A stretch of 64,000 bases of DNA from a virus. Its lineage: Duplodnaviria; Caudoviricetes. Below, piece after piece: positions 1 to 11,250 of this stretch. The first letter of the stretch is position 1, and the number at the start of each line of letters is the position of its first letter. The stretch lies in IMG/VR virus record IMGVR_UViG_3300033067_002106, positions 1 through 64,000 of that record; one strand, 5' to 3'. The notes under the pieces were generated by a model. The model was given only the letters and a program-made list of their open reading frames with translations. It was not told where the DNA came from and ran no database searches. The position numbers were made by a program, and so were the translations under genes.

Positions 1-1
1 C

Positions 2-3000
2 GATAAAATTGGTTCAGGAAATTTATATACGTATTTAAGTGGAAATAACCTTACCAGTGGAATTTTTATTTGTGGGTCTGATGGTATAACAGATTGCAAT
101 TCATTTAATCTTTATGATTTAAACGCTAGTGGCCACACAATTAATTGTGGTGTTCCGGTGACACAACTTTTACAAGGATTATATGGTGAGTCTGGATTAC
201 CTGTTACCGGTATGACAGAGTTTAAACAAGTTGTAACAGAAAACGCCTTCGGACCAAATTGGAGACACTTTACCACAGAAATTACTGATACAAGTATCAT
301 AAATACTATCACAAATAAAAAATTAAAGTTAACGGTTAGACTTAGTGGTATTTGTGTAGATATGTGTTTTTTAATAGATAACATAAAGCTAAATAAAAAT
401 TGTACTAGTGTAGAGAGAAGTGATATATTTGTCACAACATCTCCCGGATTTGCACTTGATAAGATTAGAGATAACAAAAAATCATGGGTTGCAACAGAAG
501 AGACAACACACAGAACATTCTTTATCGGTAAATCAGATGACTCTCAACAAATCAGAAACACAGATTATTATCTAGATAATGAAAATCAAGTTCTAAATAC
601 GAAGGAAATTGATTTAGATATCAATATAGCTTCTGCTGTTGAAACAGATGTTTGGTGTTATATTTCAGATAATCCTTGTATTTTGACTGGTACAACAGTC
701 GGGACAACATCTTGTGTAAAAAATGTTTATAATATAAACACAGAAACATGTGAACCTAAAACATATTGTTGTAGTGAATATTGTGGTGACGCTAATATTG
801 ATATAGAAGGACTATTAACACAGCCATTGAGTGGTGTTACAACAATTGAAGATTTTGAATATTATTTAACATCTGAATTAATTGATGTTAAAAATAGAAA
901 AATTATACCATCTTATGCGACATTGAGATTACTTTATGATAGATACATGAATTCACTTGGTTTTTGTGGTACGAATAGTTCTAAATTTGATTATTTTAGC
1001 ATGACCAAATTCGCTAATTTAATTGGAAACTATTGGGTTGATTTAATAGAACAGGTTATTCCTGCAACAACAATTTGGGGGGCAACAAGAATATATACAA
1101 ATACTTTATTTGATACCGAAAAATTCAAATACAAGGGATATTCCACATTGTTTGGTGATAACACCTTTACCAATATTAAAGTGTTGAGCCCAGCAACTGG
1201 AAATAGTTGTAGTGCAAGTGCAACAACAACAGTAATCATGGGCTCTGCAACCGGTACAACACAATTTTTTAATAATGGAAATTCTCAAATACATGATAAA
1301 TTGTATGTTGTTCAAATGAATAGTGGTTCCGAATTTGTTGGTAACGTAACCATCTTAGGTAGAAATGGTGGCGGTGGTGGTGGCGTATCAGAATGTGGTA
1401 TAAGGGTTAGAATAGCAAGTACACAACCATCGCTTGGACAATCAAATGGTTCAGCAACAGCTATTGTTAGCGGTTCATTTGGTCCTGTAAGATATTCATG
1501 GAGTCATGATTCAGGCCTTAACTCAACCCCAACAATAACTAATTTAAGCGGTGGAACATACACTGTAACAGTATACGATACAAGTGTTCCGGGATGTTAT
1601 GCTAGGGCTAGTGTTGTAATAACTGAAAGTGATTGTAATTTAACAGCAAGTGCTACAACAACAAGTGCGACAGGTAATACAAATAACGGTACAGCTACAG
1701 CTATAACAACTGGTGGTTTTGCACCATTAACATATAGTTGGAATACAACACCAATAAGAACAACACAAACAATCACAGGATTAAGTGCTGCAACATATAC
1801 TGTAACAGTAACTGACGTTTCTGGTTGTACCGCAACAGCTAACGCTAGTGTTAGCTTGGTTCCATGTAATTTAAGCATTGTGACCAATTCAACAGGTACA
1901 ACAGGTAGTGATGGGGCGGTAAGTGTAACAGTATTAACTGGTTTCCCACCATATAACTATAATTGGGTATTTGTTGATGGACCATCATATATCGGTGGAC
2001 TTAGCGCTGGTACATATACTGTTACTGTTACAGATAACTTTGGATGTCAACAAATAGGGTATGCGGTTGTTAATGATATAGGTTGTACATTAACAGCATC
2101 GACTTCAACAACAAGTTCAACTGGTAATACAGCTAATGGTACAGCAACAGTAAGTATAACTGGTGGTACAGCGCCATACACATATAGCTGGAATACAACT
2201 CCTGTTCAAACAGGTACAACAGCAACCGGATTAACAGCTGGTACATATGTTATAACAGTAAATGATATTAGTGGTTGTACTCAGGTTAAAACAGCCGTTG
2301 TCTCCAATATTGGTTGTTTATTAACTGGTAATGTTACAACGACAAGTGCTAGCACAAACTCATCAAATGGTACTGCAACAGTAAATATAACAAATGGTTA
2401 TCCGCCATACACATATAGTTGGAATACAACTCCTGTTCAAACAGGTACAACAATTAGTGGATTAAGTGCTGGTACATATGTGGTAACGGTAACAGATAAA
2501 TATTTGTGTAGTAGGTCACTTACCGGTATAGTAACAACATTGACATGTACACTTACAGGTCTTGTGTCAACAACAACTGTAAGCTATAACAAGGTAAATG
2601 GTACAGCGACAGCTAATATATCAGGTGGCACGGCCCCATATACATATAGCTGGAATACAACTCCTGTTCAAACGGGTTCTACAATTACAGGATTGACAGC
2701 TGGTACATATGTGGTAACGGTAAATGACAATAGTGGTTGTACCATAACAATTTCAGGTACCGTGGCTCAAAATGGTGCCCATATAACTGTAGACACAAAC
2801 GATTCGACTGATTTGGCAATTACGGGTGTGACGGTCAATAGTATACCAACAACACATATTACCGGTACAATGCCTAATGTTCCGGGAACCAGTGCACTTC
2901 TTGGTACAACTCAAGTTGGTACATATACGGTTGAGATTGGGTATTCAAGTACAACGGTTGACCAACATATTACAATGACGGATAGTAATGGTGTGATTTA

Positions 3001-3106
3001 TTGTGGTAATAATAGTCCATTAAACGGTATTTTGACATTTACAACCGTTGATGTTGCGTCGGTTCCAAGAATAATAATTGTTGCTTCTGATGGACTTTGC
3101 CCATAA
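2..3106 (+). CDS. Large virion/tail protein with six SprB-like repeats (5'-partial)
   Basis: Frame is open from position 2, upstream of the track's GTG at 158. T/G/S-rich; six copies of Y(S/N)W...(G/N)L(S/T)(A/G)(G/A)TY(T/V)(V/I)TVxD, like SprB repeats. Confidence 0.7.
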   Translation, partial: DKIGSGNLYTYLSGNNLTSGIFICGSDGITDCNSFNLYDLNASGHTINCGVPVTQLLQGLYGESGLPVTGMTEFKQVVTENAFGPNWRHFTTEITDTSIINTITNKKLKLTVRLSGICVDMCFLIDNIKLNKNCTSVERSDIFVTTSPGFALDKIRDNKKSWVATEETTHRTFFIGKSDDSQQIRNTDYYLDNENQVLNTKEIDLDINIASAVETDVWCYISDNPCILTGTTVGTTSCVKNVYNINTETCEPKTYCCSEYCGDANIDIEGLLTQPLSGVTTIEDFEYYLTSELIDVKNRKIIPSYATLRLLYDRYMNSLGFCGTNSSKFDYFSMTKFANLIGNYWVDLIEQVIPATTIWGATRIYTNTLFDTEKFKYKGYSTLFGDNTFTNIKVLSPATGNSCSASATTTVIMGSATGTTQFFNNGNSQIHDKLYVVQMNSGSEFVGNVTILGRNGGGGGGVSECGIRVRIASTQPSLGQSNGSATAIVSGSFGPVRYSWSHDSGLNSTPTITNLSGGTYTVTVYDTSVPGCYARASVVITESDCNLTASATTTSATGNTNNGTATAITTGGFAPLTYSWNTTPIRTTQTITGLSAATYTVTVTDVSGCTATANASVSLVPCNLSIVTNSTGTTGSDGAVSVTVLTGFPPYNYNWVFVDGPSYIGGLSAGTYTVTVTDNFGCQQIGYAVVNDIGCTLTASTSTTSSTGNTANGTATVSITGGTAPYTYSWNTTPVQTGTTATGLTAGTYVITVNDISGCTQVKTAVVSNIGCLLTGNVTTTSASTNSSNGTATVNITNGYPPYTYSWNTTPVQTGTTISGLSAGTYVVTVTDKYLCSRSLTGIVTTLTCTLTGLVSTTTVSYNKVNGTATANISGGTAPYTYSWNTTPVQTGSTITGLTAGTYVVTVNDNSGCTITISGTVAQNGAHITVDTNDSTDLAITGVTVNSIPTTHITGTMPNVPGTSALLGTTQVGTYTVEIGYSSTTVDQHITMTDSNGVIYCGNNSPLNGILTFTTVDVASVPRIIIVASDGLCP

Positions 3107-3135
3107 AATAATAAAAAATCAAAGTATTTATAGGT

Positions 3136-3381
3136 ATGCCAATATTAATAACAGAAATTAGAGCGGAAATCTTAGACACCTTTACAGGTGACCTATATTT
3201 TTTTAGCAATTTATCTGGACAAGTTCAGGGAGAAGACTATATTGAACTAGGGGCGTTTATTGCATATTTACAAAACTTGACAAAGGTTGAGGATGAGGTC
3301 GAAACGCTATCAAAACCATTAAATTTTGGACTTAAGAATCAATATAATGTAACAGAAGTAACACTAGAAATTTCGTACTAA
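3136..3381 (+). CDS. Hypothetical late protein
   Basis: ORF with ATG, TATTTAT motif at 3125-3131, TAATG overlap with next gene. Confidence 0.7.
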   Translation: MPILITEIRAEILDTFTGDLYFFSNLSGQVQGEDYIELGAFIAYLQNLTKVEDEVETLSKPLNFGLKNQYNVTEVTLEISY

Positions 3382-6083
3382 TGAGATATCAAGAGAGAAT
3401 ATATATACAAAATGAAAATCGTGCCGTTAGAAATAAGGACATGTTAAATGTTAACATGAGTTCTGATTTTTGCGTATTCGAATCACCTCAATTTGATGTC
3501 AGCGGAGCAACAAAGGTTCAATGTGGCACACTTGTTACATGTGAGCTTAGTGGTGTTTCATTAAGTAACATGTTAACAGCTGCAACGGCAACATGTCTTT
3601 CTGGGTTATCCTCAACTACTTGTTTAACAGCAACAACTTGGGAAGCAAAGATTTATGAAAACGATGAGTTAGCATATAGCGGTACTTTTTATACAACAAC
3701 AATAACTGGTGATACACCATTAGATAGTTATTTTATAAACGGTGTTGAGCTTGGATTAACAACACTTGGTTATACGTATACACAAACAGGGTCAACATTT
3801 ACCATAGATAAAAAGGGTAATGTTGGTAACTTTGAAATCGATGCGTGTTTATCATTCAAGACATCACCGTCAAGATTCTCGTGTCCAATTGGCTTTACAG
3901 CAACACCAGCAAACGATGCATGTGTTCAAATAACAACAACAGCGGCAACATTTAACGGGAGTGGTTCAACGATTGTGGCAGGTAATGCAGCTGTTGACTA
4001 TGCAAGCTCTGGAACAAGATTTTTCACAAATATTCAAAATAATGGTGCCCTACCAGTTTATTATGATGGTCTTTGGGCGTTAAGAGACCAAACAGGTGGT
4101 ACAATAACAGTTGCTAATGTAAATACAACAAATAATTTCTGGTTTAACTCTGGAAACACAACAGATGGGCGACTTAACCATGTTGGTTTAAGTGCTGATA
4201 CTGGTCAGTGGCTTGGTTTTTCATCTTGTATCAATATTCCGGTTGGTAAAACATATTATATCGGATTAGCAGCCGATAATTTTTCAAGATTTACTGTTAA
4301 TGGCGAATTGATAGTAGATTTTAGTGCTGTTACAGGGGCAAACTTTAAATTTTGGACAGTATTCCCAGTTTATTTAAATTCTGGTAAAAACATTATTGAA
4401 CTTTACGGTAGAAACGACGCATCACTAAGCTCATTCGGCGCTGAAATTTATGACCCAATAGATTATGCAACCTTAACAGGTGCAACGAGCACTGCATCGA
4501 CACAAGCAAACACAATTTTTTCTACTGCTGACTATATTGGTCAATATTGGGAACTTGGTTCATCTGTTGGGTATACTTGTCCTCCGGGATATTCATTAGA
4601 TACATGTTCTGGGTATACATGTACAAAAATTGTAACCAGTGGAATAACTGGTACACCATGTACTGGTATATCATGTACAGCATCATGCGCAACAGCTTGT
4701 GCTGACACTTTTCCATATATTAATAACTCAAGTCAGGGTGTTTATATTGTTAATTCGACAACCGGAACAATTTCAATGTCATTTAATTTTACTGCTAATA
4801 CGGGTGAGTTTTTATCATATAACACATCATTTAAGTATGAAATTTATAAGTATGATACAACTTTGGGTATATTTACAGTACCGCCAGTATATAAAAGCGA
4901 AACAATTGCATATTCAGCATTTAGTGGGACAAATATATTAAACGTATCAATACCTGTTAGCGGATTAACACTAGATGGGGATTATCTTATTAAAGGATAT
5001 TACGAGGCAGATGCTTGTACGGATTTTCTTTATAGGTTGGGTAAAAAAATTGACACGGTTGTATATTCAAATGGGTCAGAGTATCAACTTTATAACCCAA
5101 AATTGGATTTCTACTTTGTTGCAACAAGCGAAGCCGATTCTCCAATATTTACACAAAGTCAGGTAGCCGGATTAAGCTCATATGATACCTTACCGTTATA
5201 CCAACAGGTCATTTTTGTTGACGATAATAGTGATTTTGTGGTGGATGAAAATAGTGATTCAGATATAGTGGTAACTGGAAATACATACACAAGAAGTGGT
5301 TCTACAATTAGTTTAAATAGTGAATATATTGGTGATATTATTGTAACATTAAACGGTTTAAGTTTAGCCAAAGATTTGGATTATACGCTTTCTGGTACGA
5401 TTCTAACCTTCTTAGGTTCAATTGTTAATACAGATGTGATTACAATTATTTATACGAGAACGTCGTCATTGACAATTGTTTCTGAAACAATTCAGGTAAA
5501 TTCTTCTATTCCTAATGGGGCAACTGGTAATCAGGGGGATAATAAATATTATTATAACACCACAACAGGAAAATATGAGATTTATACCAATAATGAACCG
5601 TTGGACAATTCCAAGATTATTGTCATGTTAAATGGTGCAACACTTGTCAGTGGGGTTGATTTTTATCAGTCAACATCCAATAAAAATAGAATTATATTGA
5701 CTGGTACCCTTTTGGTAAACGATATTTTAACCGTGGTATATTATCCAAAAGCTAATATAATCAATGGAATAACAGAAACAGATAACACTATTTGGTGGTA
5801 CATTCCGACAACCCCACAAAGCAGTAATGGAGTGTTTTCTCTGGAATATAGTACAGGAAATACCTTTACAACGACAATCGTAAGTGATTTGGTTAGTTAC
5901 GAAGCTGGGGTAACAAATTATAGCGGAAACCTAAGTTTAAGTGGTGAAGTGGGTACCAAATTGTATTATAGGGTCAAAAACACCAAAAATTACGAGTCGA
6001 TTTGTGGAGATTTGATTGAAAGTGTGGCATATAGCGAAACAGTACCTGTTGTCATCCAAAGCAATGCGATTAATTCTTACTAA
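3381..6083 (+). CDS. Virion structural protein, probable PA14-like beta-sandwich insert
   Basis: 900 aa, T/S/G/N-rich; YYIGLAADNFSRFTVNGELIVD resembles PA14-type domains; Cys-rich CPxG repeats. Confidence 0.6.
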   Translation: MRYQERIYIQNENRAVRNKDMLNVNMSSDFCVFESPQFDVSGATKVQCGTLVTCELSGVSLSNMLTAATATCLSGLSSTTCLTATTWEAKIYENDELAYSGTFYTTTITGDTPLDSYFINGVELGLTTLGYTYTQTGSTFTIDKKGNVGNFEIDACLSFKTSPSRFSCPIGFTATPANDACVQITTTAATFNGSGSTIVAGNAAVDYASSGTRFFTNIQNNGALPVYYDGLWALRDQTGGTITVANVNTTNNFWFNSGNTTDGRLNHVGLSADTGQWLGFSSCINIPVGKTYYIGLAADNFSRFTVNGELIVDFSAVTGANFKFWTVFPVYLNSGKNIIELYGRNDASLSSFGAEIYDPIDYATLTGATSTASTQANTIFSTADYIGQYWELGSSVGYTCPPGYSLDTCSGYTCTKIVTSGITGTPCTGISCTASCATACADTFPYINNSSQGVYIVNSTTGTISMSFNFTANTGEFLSYNTSFKYEIYKYDTTLGIFTVPPVYKSETIAYSAFSGTNILNVSIPVSGLTLDGDYLIKGYYEADACTDFLYRLGKKIDTVVYSNGSEYQLYNPKLDFYFVATSEADSPIFTQSQVAGLSSYDTLPLYQQVIFVDDNSDFVVDENSDSDIVVTGNTYTRSGSTISLNSEYIGDIIVTLNGLSLAKDLDYTLSGTILTFLGSIVNTDVITIIYTRTSSLTIVSETIQVNSSIPNGATGNQGDNKYYYNTTTGKYEIYTNNEPLDNSKIIVMLNGATLVSGVDFYQSTSNKNRIILTGTLLVNDILTVVYYPKANIINGITETDNTIWWYIPTTPQSSNGVFSLEYSTGNTFTTTIVSDLVSYEAGVTNYSGNLSLSGEVGTKLYYRVKNTKNYESICGDLIESVAYSETVPVVIQSNAINSY

Positions 6084-6143
6084 ATATTGACAATTGACTA
6101 TTTATAAGTAAAATAAAACGAAAAATAAACATATTTATTGAAT

Positions 6144-8291
6144 ATGAGTTACATAATCAAGAGTACTAGTCCATTTGTAAGTATAAAACTAACGGAGTTA
6201 GGTCGTCAAAATTTGGCTAAAGGACAGCTAAATTTCTCATCATGGGCGATAGGTGATTCAGAAATCAACTATGACAGGGAAGCAATTGTCGATGCCAACC
6301 CAACCAGTCCAGTTTTGTCTGGTTCTAGTAAGGTTATGCGACCATTTGACAGACAACCAAATCTTAAAACCTTCATTACAACAACTGATGGTACTCATTT
6401 AACAGCTGTAGACGCATCGAATATCAACGTAATTAAAGCGGTGGTAAATAATGAAGCAACCGAAAGAGGATTCTTTACAGGGTCTAGCATGACATATACG
6501 ACATTAAGCGCTTCAACATATTCGGTTGGAAATTCAAACCCTTTAAACACAACAATTACTGGTGGAACAGTATTATATTTATCAACAGGATTAACATTAA
6601 ATGTTGGCGATTTTATTCGTTTGAAACTAACAAACAGTAAGGTTGGAACAACCCCACTTGAAAATACTATCCCATTAGCAAATCTTTGGTATAAGATTCA
6701 AGCAACGGCTTCAACAGGTACTGGTAGTATAAGAGTAACTGTCGATAGAACACTTCCAAACGTTTCAAGTCAAACAAACAACTCATATGTTTTTATTTAT
6801 AAGGGTGGTGAAGTGGCCGAATCTTTCGGTTATGATACCTCAACAGCATATTGGGATAGTGGCACACTTTCATTTGATTCGGCGACAAACATAACATGTG
6901 ATGATGTTAAGGTTTGGAATATGAACAATGTTTGGTGTGAAAATTTGGCTGGGATAACAGGGTTAACAACAACCAATCTTTATGAGGATTATACAAAATT
7001 TGGGTCATATAGTTATTTAGGTTCAAAAAATCCATATTTTGAATATGCTTGCGCTACAACTGATACAGAACTTGCGGTTGATTGTAATGGTGTCGGATTT
7101 AGTTACGACGATACGGTAAGCAAATCAATCTCAATCTTACATTATACAAATAATACTATTTCAAACCTGTATGGAGAATTTTTTCATATAGATACGGCTA
7201 ATAATAAATTGGTTAGAATAACATTACCAGATTTAATGTACCATAGAAGAGATTTTGCGACAGGTAGCGGTACATCTATGGGTATGTCATTTGTATCAAG
7301 TGGTGGAACATTTACATTAGGTGACAGTGATATCGAATATGTTAACCTATATGAAGACCCAACACTTATTCCAGATTCAACACCATTGATAGTAGGGCGA
7401 GTGTTCCCACAACTTAAGACTATTGTTATTCACGATGATGAAATCGTTGCGGCAATGTCATATAAATCAAATAGAAACTGGACACTCCCTAAATTGTCTG
7501 CGTTTTTATCAGCGCCAACAGGCGGGACATCAACCGGAGTACTTGAGGTTAACAAAACAATATATTTGACATATGCGTTGGATAACACATCAGCAACGGG
7601 TCTTACCACAACATTACCTTGTCAAAAGTATATAAAGATAACCAACAATACTTCAGGTACAAAAGATGTATCATTTAAAATAAGTGATGTTGATTTATTA
7701 CCATACATGAGAAAAGTTGAATCAGCTAGTTATGATGGGTATGGATTTTATGCAACTAATTTTAAATTACTTTATCAGATAGTTGATGGGATTAATGATA
7801 GGCCAGATGCTGGTAGTTGGAAAGTTTATGATTTTACAACAACATCCCTGACATCAGTTGCCAACCAAACAATAAATCCAACATCTTTGGAGAATCAAAC
7901 TCCAACGGCCAATGGTTTTGTCTTAACAAATGCAATTGGTTCGGCATCAACAACGTTTGATATTACAGTTCCATTATCAATGGCACCAAACACAAATTCA
8001 GATTTGTTACAGTTTGGTGATGAAAGATTCTTTTATGGTAACTTTAATACATTTATTGGTGCAACAATTTATAAAACATTGTTCGATATAAGAATAAATT
8101 CATCTCAATTCACAAAGACAACCAACCCAACAAGAAGTCAACAAGCATCAACAAATCCACCAGATATTAAGGTGTCCGAAGTCGGTGTTTATGATTCAAA
8201 TAGTAATTTGGTTGTAATTGGTAAATTGAGTGAGCCAGTTCGTTTATTAGCTGGCAATACAATAATGCTTGAGCTATCTTTAGATTTTTAA
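6144..8291 (+). CDS. Baseplate/tail-associated structural protein
   Basis: N-terminal LTELGR...IGDSEINY and C-terminal SEVGVYD...LVVIGK motifs, shared with the next gene. Confidence 0.6.
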   Translation: MSYIIKSTSPFVSIKLTELGRQNLAKGQLNFSSWAIGDSEINYDREAIVDANPTSPVLSGSSKVMRPFDRQPNLKTFITTTDGTHLTAVDASNINVIKAVVNNEATERGFFTGSSMTYTTLSASTYSVGNSNPLNTTITGGTVLYLSTGLTLNVGDFIRLKLTNSKVGTTPLENTIPLANLWYKIQATASTGTGSIRVTVDRTLPNVSSQTNNSYVFIYKGGEVAESFGYDTSTAYWDSGTLSFDSATNITCDDVKVWNMNNVWCENLAGITGLTTTNLYEDYTKFGSYSYLGSKNPYFEYACATTDTELAVDCNGVGFSYDDTVSKSISILHYTNNTISNLYGEFFHIDTANNKLVRITLPDLMYHRRDFATGSGTSMGMSFVSSGGTFTLGDSDIEYVNLYEDPTLIPDSTPLIVGRVFPQLKTIVIHDDEIVAAMSYKSNRNWTLPKLSAFLSAPTGGTSTGVLEVNKTIYLTYALDNTSATGLTTTLPCQKYIKITNNTSGTKDVSFKISDVDLLPYMRKVESASYDGYGFYATNFKLLYQIVDGINDRPDAGSWKVYDFTTTSLTSVANQTINPTSLENQTPTANGFVLTNAIGSASTTFDITVPLSMAPNTNSDLLQFGDERFFYGNFNTFIGATIYKTLFDIRINSSQFTKTTNPTRSQQASTNPPDIKVSEVGVYDSNSNLVVIGKLSEPVRLLAGNTIMLELSLDF

Positions 8292-8292
8292 T

Positions 8293-9492
8293 ATGGGATA
8301 TATTACTACTGCAACCACGACAACACTCAGAGCTAAACTAACCCCAATTGGTAGGAAGAAGCTTATAATGACAAATAATAATTTAGTCACATCTTTTAGC
8401 CTTGGCGATTCAGATGCGAATTACTATGCTGCATTGCCATTGACTACTGGGGAGGTTCCATCTAATAGTGGTGATATTGGACCATATTCATCAGTAAGTA
8501 ATAGTGTCGCACCAAATGTTGGAATTAAAAGCTTTTTATTGGTTAATAGTACTGGTACATTAAAAAAGGCTGTTGAACCAGAATCAAATCAGGTGACAAC
8601 AGAATATGTTGCTGTTGGTTCAACAGTAATAAGTGGTAGCTATTTAACACAAAGTATTATTAATAGAAACAATCAGAATACAGACCCATTAGTTAACCTG
8701 TATTATTCGTTTAATCTTCCATTAAATTCGTCTGGTGATTATAACTTTACCGGTTTAACATCAACATATGGTGGTTTTTCGGACACAGCATTAAGTGGAA
8801 TTGCACAAACAAAAATATTGGTCATTGCATTGGATAATACAAAGTATGGCGACCTTATTGACGGGAAAACGGTTAAAATAGAGTTAACAACAACAGCATC
8901 TACATTTACAATTTACAGCACTTTTCAAAACACTGGAGTAGCTAATTCTGTTCAAGATGCTAATTATACTGATTCAGCAACAAATACCTCAAATTTTGGG
9001 GGTAATGTTGCCTTCTTGGTATCAGATGGGATTATGAAACCAAATGGTGGAGATGCAACACTTAGTTGGGCAACTGGTTACGGGACAATAAAACCATTTA
9101 GTGTAAACGCTAAACAGTATTATAATTTAGTAACAAACACAAATCTTTCTGAAACAGCCGACACAGTTGTTGGTATAGCATATCTTGATAAGGGGTTATT
9201 GGTTATTACACATCCGACTATTGTTAATAATTTTGATGTTAGCTCAGTAGCAACTGTGGTAACATGTGATAGTGTATCTACCATGGTCTCTCAGAACATC
9301 ACCTGTCTTTCAAACAGAGGAGAATTTGGAGTATCTACTAACCCAACATTCTCACCTAGTGATACGCCTAGAATCAGTGAGATTGGGTTATATGATACGG
9401 ACGGTGATTTAATTGCCATTGCAAAGATGGATAGACATTTGGTTAAGAATGTAAATGAATTTTTTGCCTTGGGTATTAAAATATCTCTTTAA
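8293..9492 (+). CDS. Baseplate/tail-associated structural protein (paralog of upstream gene)
   Basis: LTPIGR...LGDSDANY and SEIGLYD...LIAIAK motifs. Confidence 0.6.
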   Translation: MGYITTATTTTLRAKLTPIGRKKLIMTNNNLVTSFSLGDSDANYYAALPLTTGEVPSNSGDIGPYSSVSNSVAPNVGIKSFLLVNSTGTLKKAVEPESNQVTTEYVAVGSTVISGSYLTQSIINRNNQNTDPLVNLYYSFNLPLNSSGDYNFTGLTSTYGGFSDTALSGIAQTKILVIALDNTKYGDLIDGKTVKIELTTTASTFTIYSTFQNTGVANSVQDANYTDSATNTSNFGGNVAFLVSDGIMKPNGGDATLSWATGYGTIKPFSVNAKQYYNLVTNTNLSETADTVVGIAYLDKGLLVITHPTIVNNFDVSSVATVVTCDSVSTMVSQNITCLSNRGEFGVSTNPTFSPSDTPRISEIGLYDTDGDLIAIAKMDRHLVKNVNEFFALGIKISL

Positions 9493-9537
9493 ACTATTTA
9501 GTTTTAAATGTTCTGAATTATATTCAGAAAAACTTCT

Positions 9538-10185
9538 ATGGAAAAACCAAATGATAATTTAATTCTTGGTCTTGATGTAAGTACCAAAACAATTGGTATT
9601 GCGTTATTTGAAGACAATAATGGTGTTGGTAATCTTAAATTATTGCACCATGTTAGTCCAAAGGTAAAGCCAGAACCAGAAAGTAAAATGGAAGAGCTTT
9701 TTGAAAAGGCTAGAATTTTTGAAAAGGATTTTTTAAACGCCTATGCTGACATGGGGATTACCAGAGTAATAATCGAGGAACCACTTCTCCAATCAAACAA
9801 TGCTAACACTATTGGTGTTCTTTTAAGATTCAATGGAATGATAGCTAGGTCAGTTTATGAGACGCTTAATGTTGTACCAGATTTTATATCATCATATGAT
9901 GCTAGAATGTATGCATTTCCAGAATTAATGCAAGTAAGGAAGAATAAAAAAAACGGAGAAGAAAGAACAGATAAAGAAATAACCAAGAGTAAACCTGTTC
10001 TTTTTGGTGGGCATGATTTTGATGTTGATAAAAAGATGGTAATCTGGGAATTAGTAGCCGACCTAGTACCACAAATTAATTGGTTTTACGATAAAAAGAA
10101 TAAATTAACAAAAGAAAATTTTGATATGGCCGATGCATTTACCTGCGTAAGAGGATATATGCGAAAAAACGGTTTTTGGGCATAA
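9538..10185 (+). CDS. ruvC: RuvC-like Holliday junction resolvase
   Basis: ILGLDVSTKTIG, VIIEEP and FDMADA acidic catalytic motifs. Confidence 0.8.
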   Translation: MEKPNDNLILGLDVSTKTIGIALFEDNNGVGNLKLLHHVSPKVKPEPESKMEELFEKARIFEKDFLNAYADMGITRVIIEEPLLQSNNANTIGVLLRFNGMIARSVYETLNVVPDFISSYDARMYAFPELMQVRKNKKNGEERTDKEITKSKPVLFGGHDFDVDKKMVIWELVADLVPQINWFYDKKNKLTKENFDMADAFTCVRGYMRKNGFWA

Positions 10186-10254
10186 AAATCAATAAAATCT
10201 GGGGTTATGCTTCAGATTTTTGCTTTTAAGGACTTTTTTTCGTAGATTTGGTCC

Positions 10255-11205
10255 GTGGCGTATATTACAAGCATTTTAGAAAGCTTTTTAGGTGGTCATA
10301 GAAGACACAATGAGGATTCTGGACAAATTAGTTTTGATTGTCCAGAGTGTTCAGCTGAGAAAGGTATGCCAGAAGGTGATGGAAAAGGAAATCTTGAGGT
10401 CAACTACAAAAAAGACGCATTCAAATGCTGGGTTTGTAAGGACACCAACGACATGCATGGGTCGATTACAAGATTAATTAAACGTTACGGTACACCTAAA
10501 AATCTAAAGGATTATCGTTTATTCAAACCAGATATATCACACGTCAAAATTAAACGAGATGTTGTGGTAACTCTCCCAGAGGGCTTTAAATTACTTAAAG
10601 ATTGCACACCTAAAGACTTTAAATACAACACAGCAATACATTACTTAGAAAAAAGAGGGATTACCTCGGATATCATTGAGAAATTTGATATTGGATACAC
10701 AACCAGAGGTAAGTTTTTTAATAGGATAATTATTCCATCGTACAATGAAGATGGAAAATTAAATTATTTTGTTGCAAGATGGTTCGACACACATTATATC
10801 AAGATGAAATACCTCAACCCAGAGGTTGAGAAGCAGGACATAATCTTTAATGAGGGTCGAATTAATTGGGATGCAACTATTTATTTAGTAGAAGGTCCAA
10901 CTGACCATATTGTTGTACCAAATTCAATACCAATGTTAGGAAAATATATTTCAGAAGTGTTACTTGATAAAATATATGAAAAGGCGAATGCAAATATTGT
11001 CATACTTTTGGACGGTGATGCATTTAAAGATGCTGAAATTCTTTATCAAAAACTTAATTTTGGGAAACTAACAGGTAGAATTTGGCTTTGTCATCCGCCA
11101 GAAAAATACGACCCATCAAAAATTTACGAAAAATGGGGTAAAAGAGGGATTATCAAGCTTTTACGTAGAACAAAAAGCTTAGCTGAGTGGCAAAAACTAA
11201 TATAA
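10255..11205 (+). CDS. dnaG: DNA primase (Zn finger + TOPRIM)
   Basis: FDCPEC/FKCWVC Zn ribbon, YLVEGPTD and LDGDA TOPRIM motifs; GTG start. Confidence 0.85.
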   Translation: MAYITSILESFLGGHRRHNEDSGQISFDCPECSAEKGMPEGDGKGNLEVNYKKDAFKCWVCKDTNDMHGSITRLIKRYGTPKNLKDYRLFKPDISHVKIKRDVVVTLPEGFKLLKDCTPKDFKYNTAIHYLEKRGITSDIIEKFDIGYTTRGKFFNRIIIPSYNEDGKLNYFVARWFDTHYIKMKYLNPEVEKQDIIFNEGRINWDATIYLVEGPTDHIVVPNSIPMLGKYISEVLLDKIYEKANANIVILLDGDAFKDAEILYQKLNFGKLTGRIWLCHPPEKYDPSKIYEKWGKRGIIKLLRRTKSLAEWQKLI

Positions 11206-11250
11206 TTTTGGAAAATTAGAATAATAATGTATATTCGCAAATATTGATTG

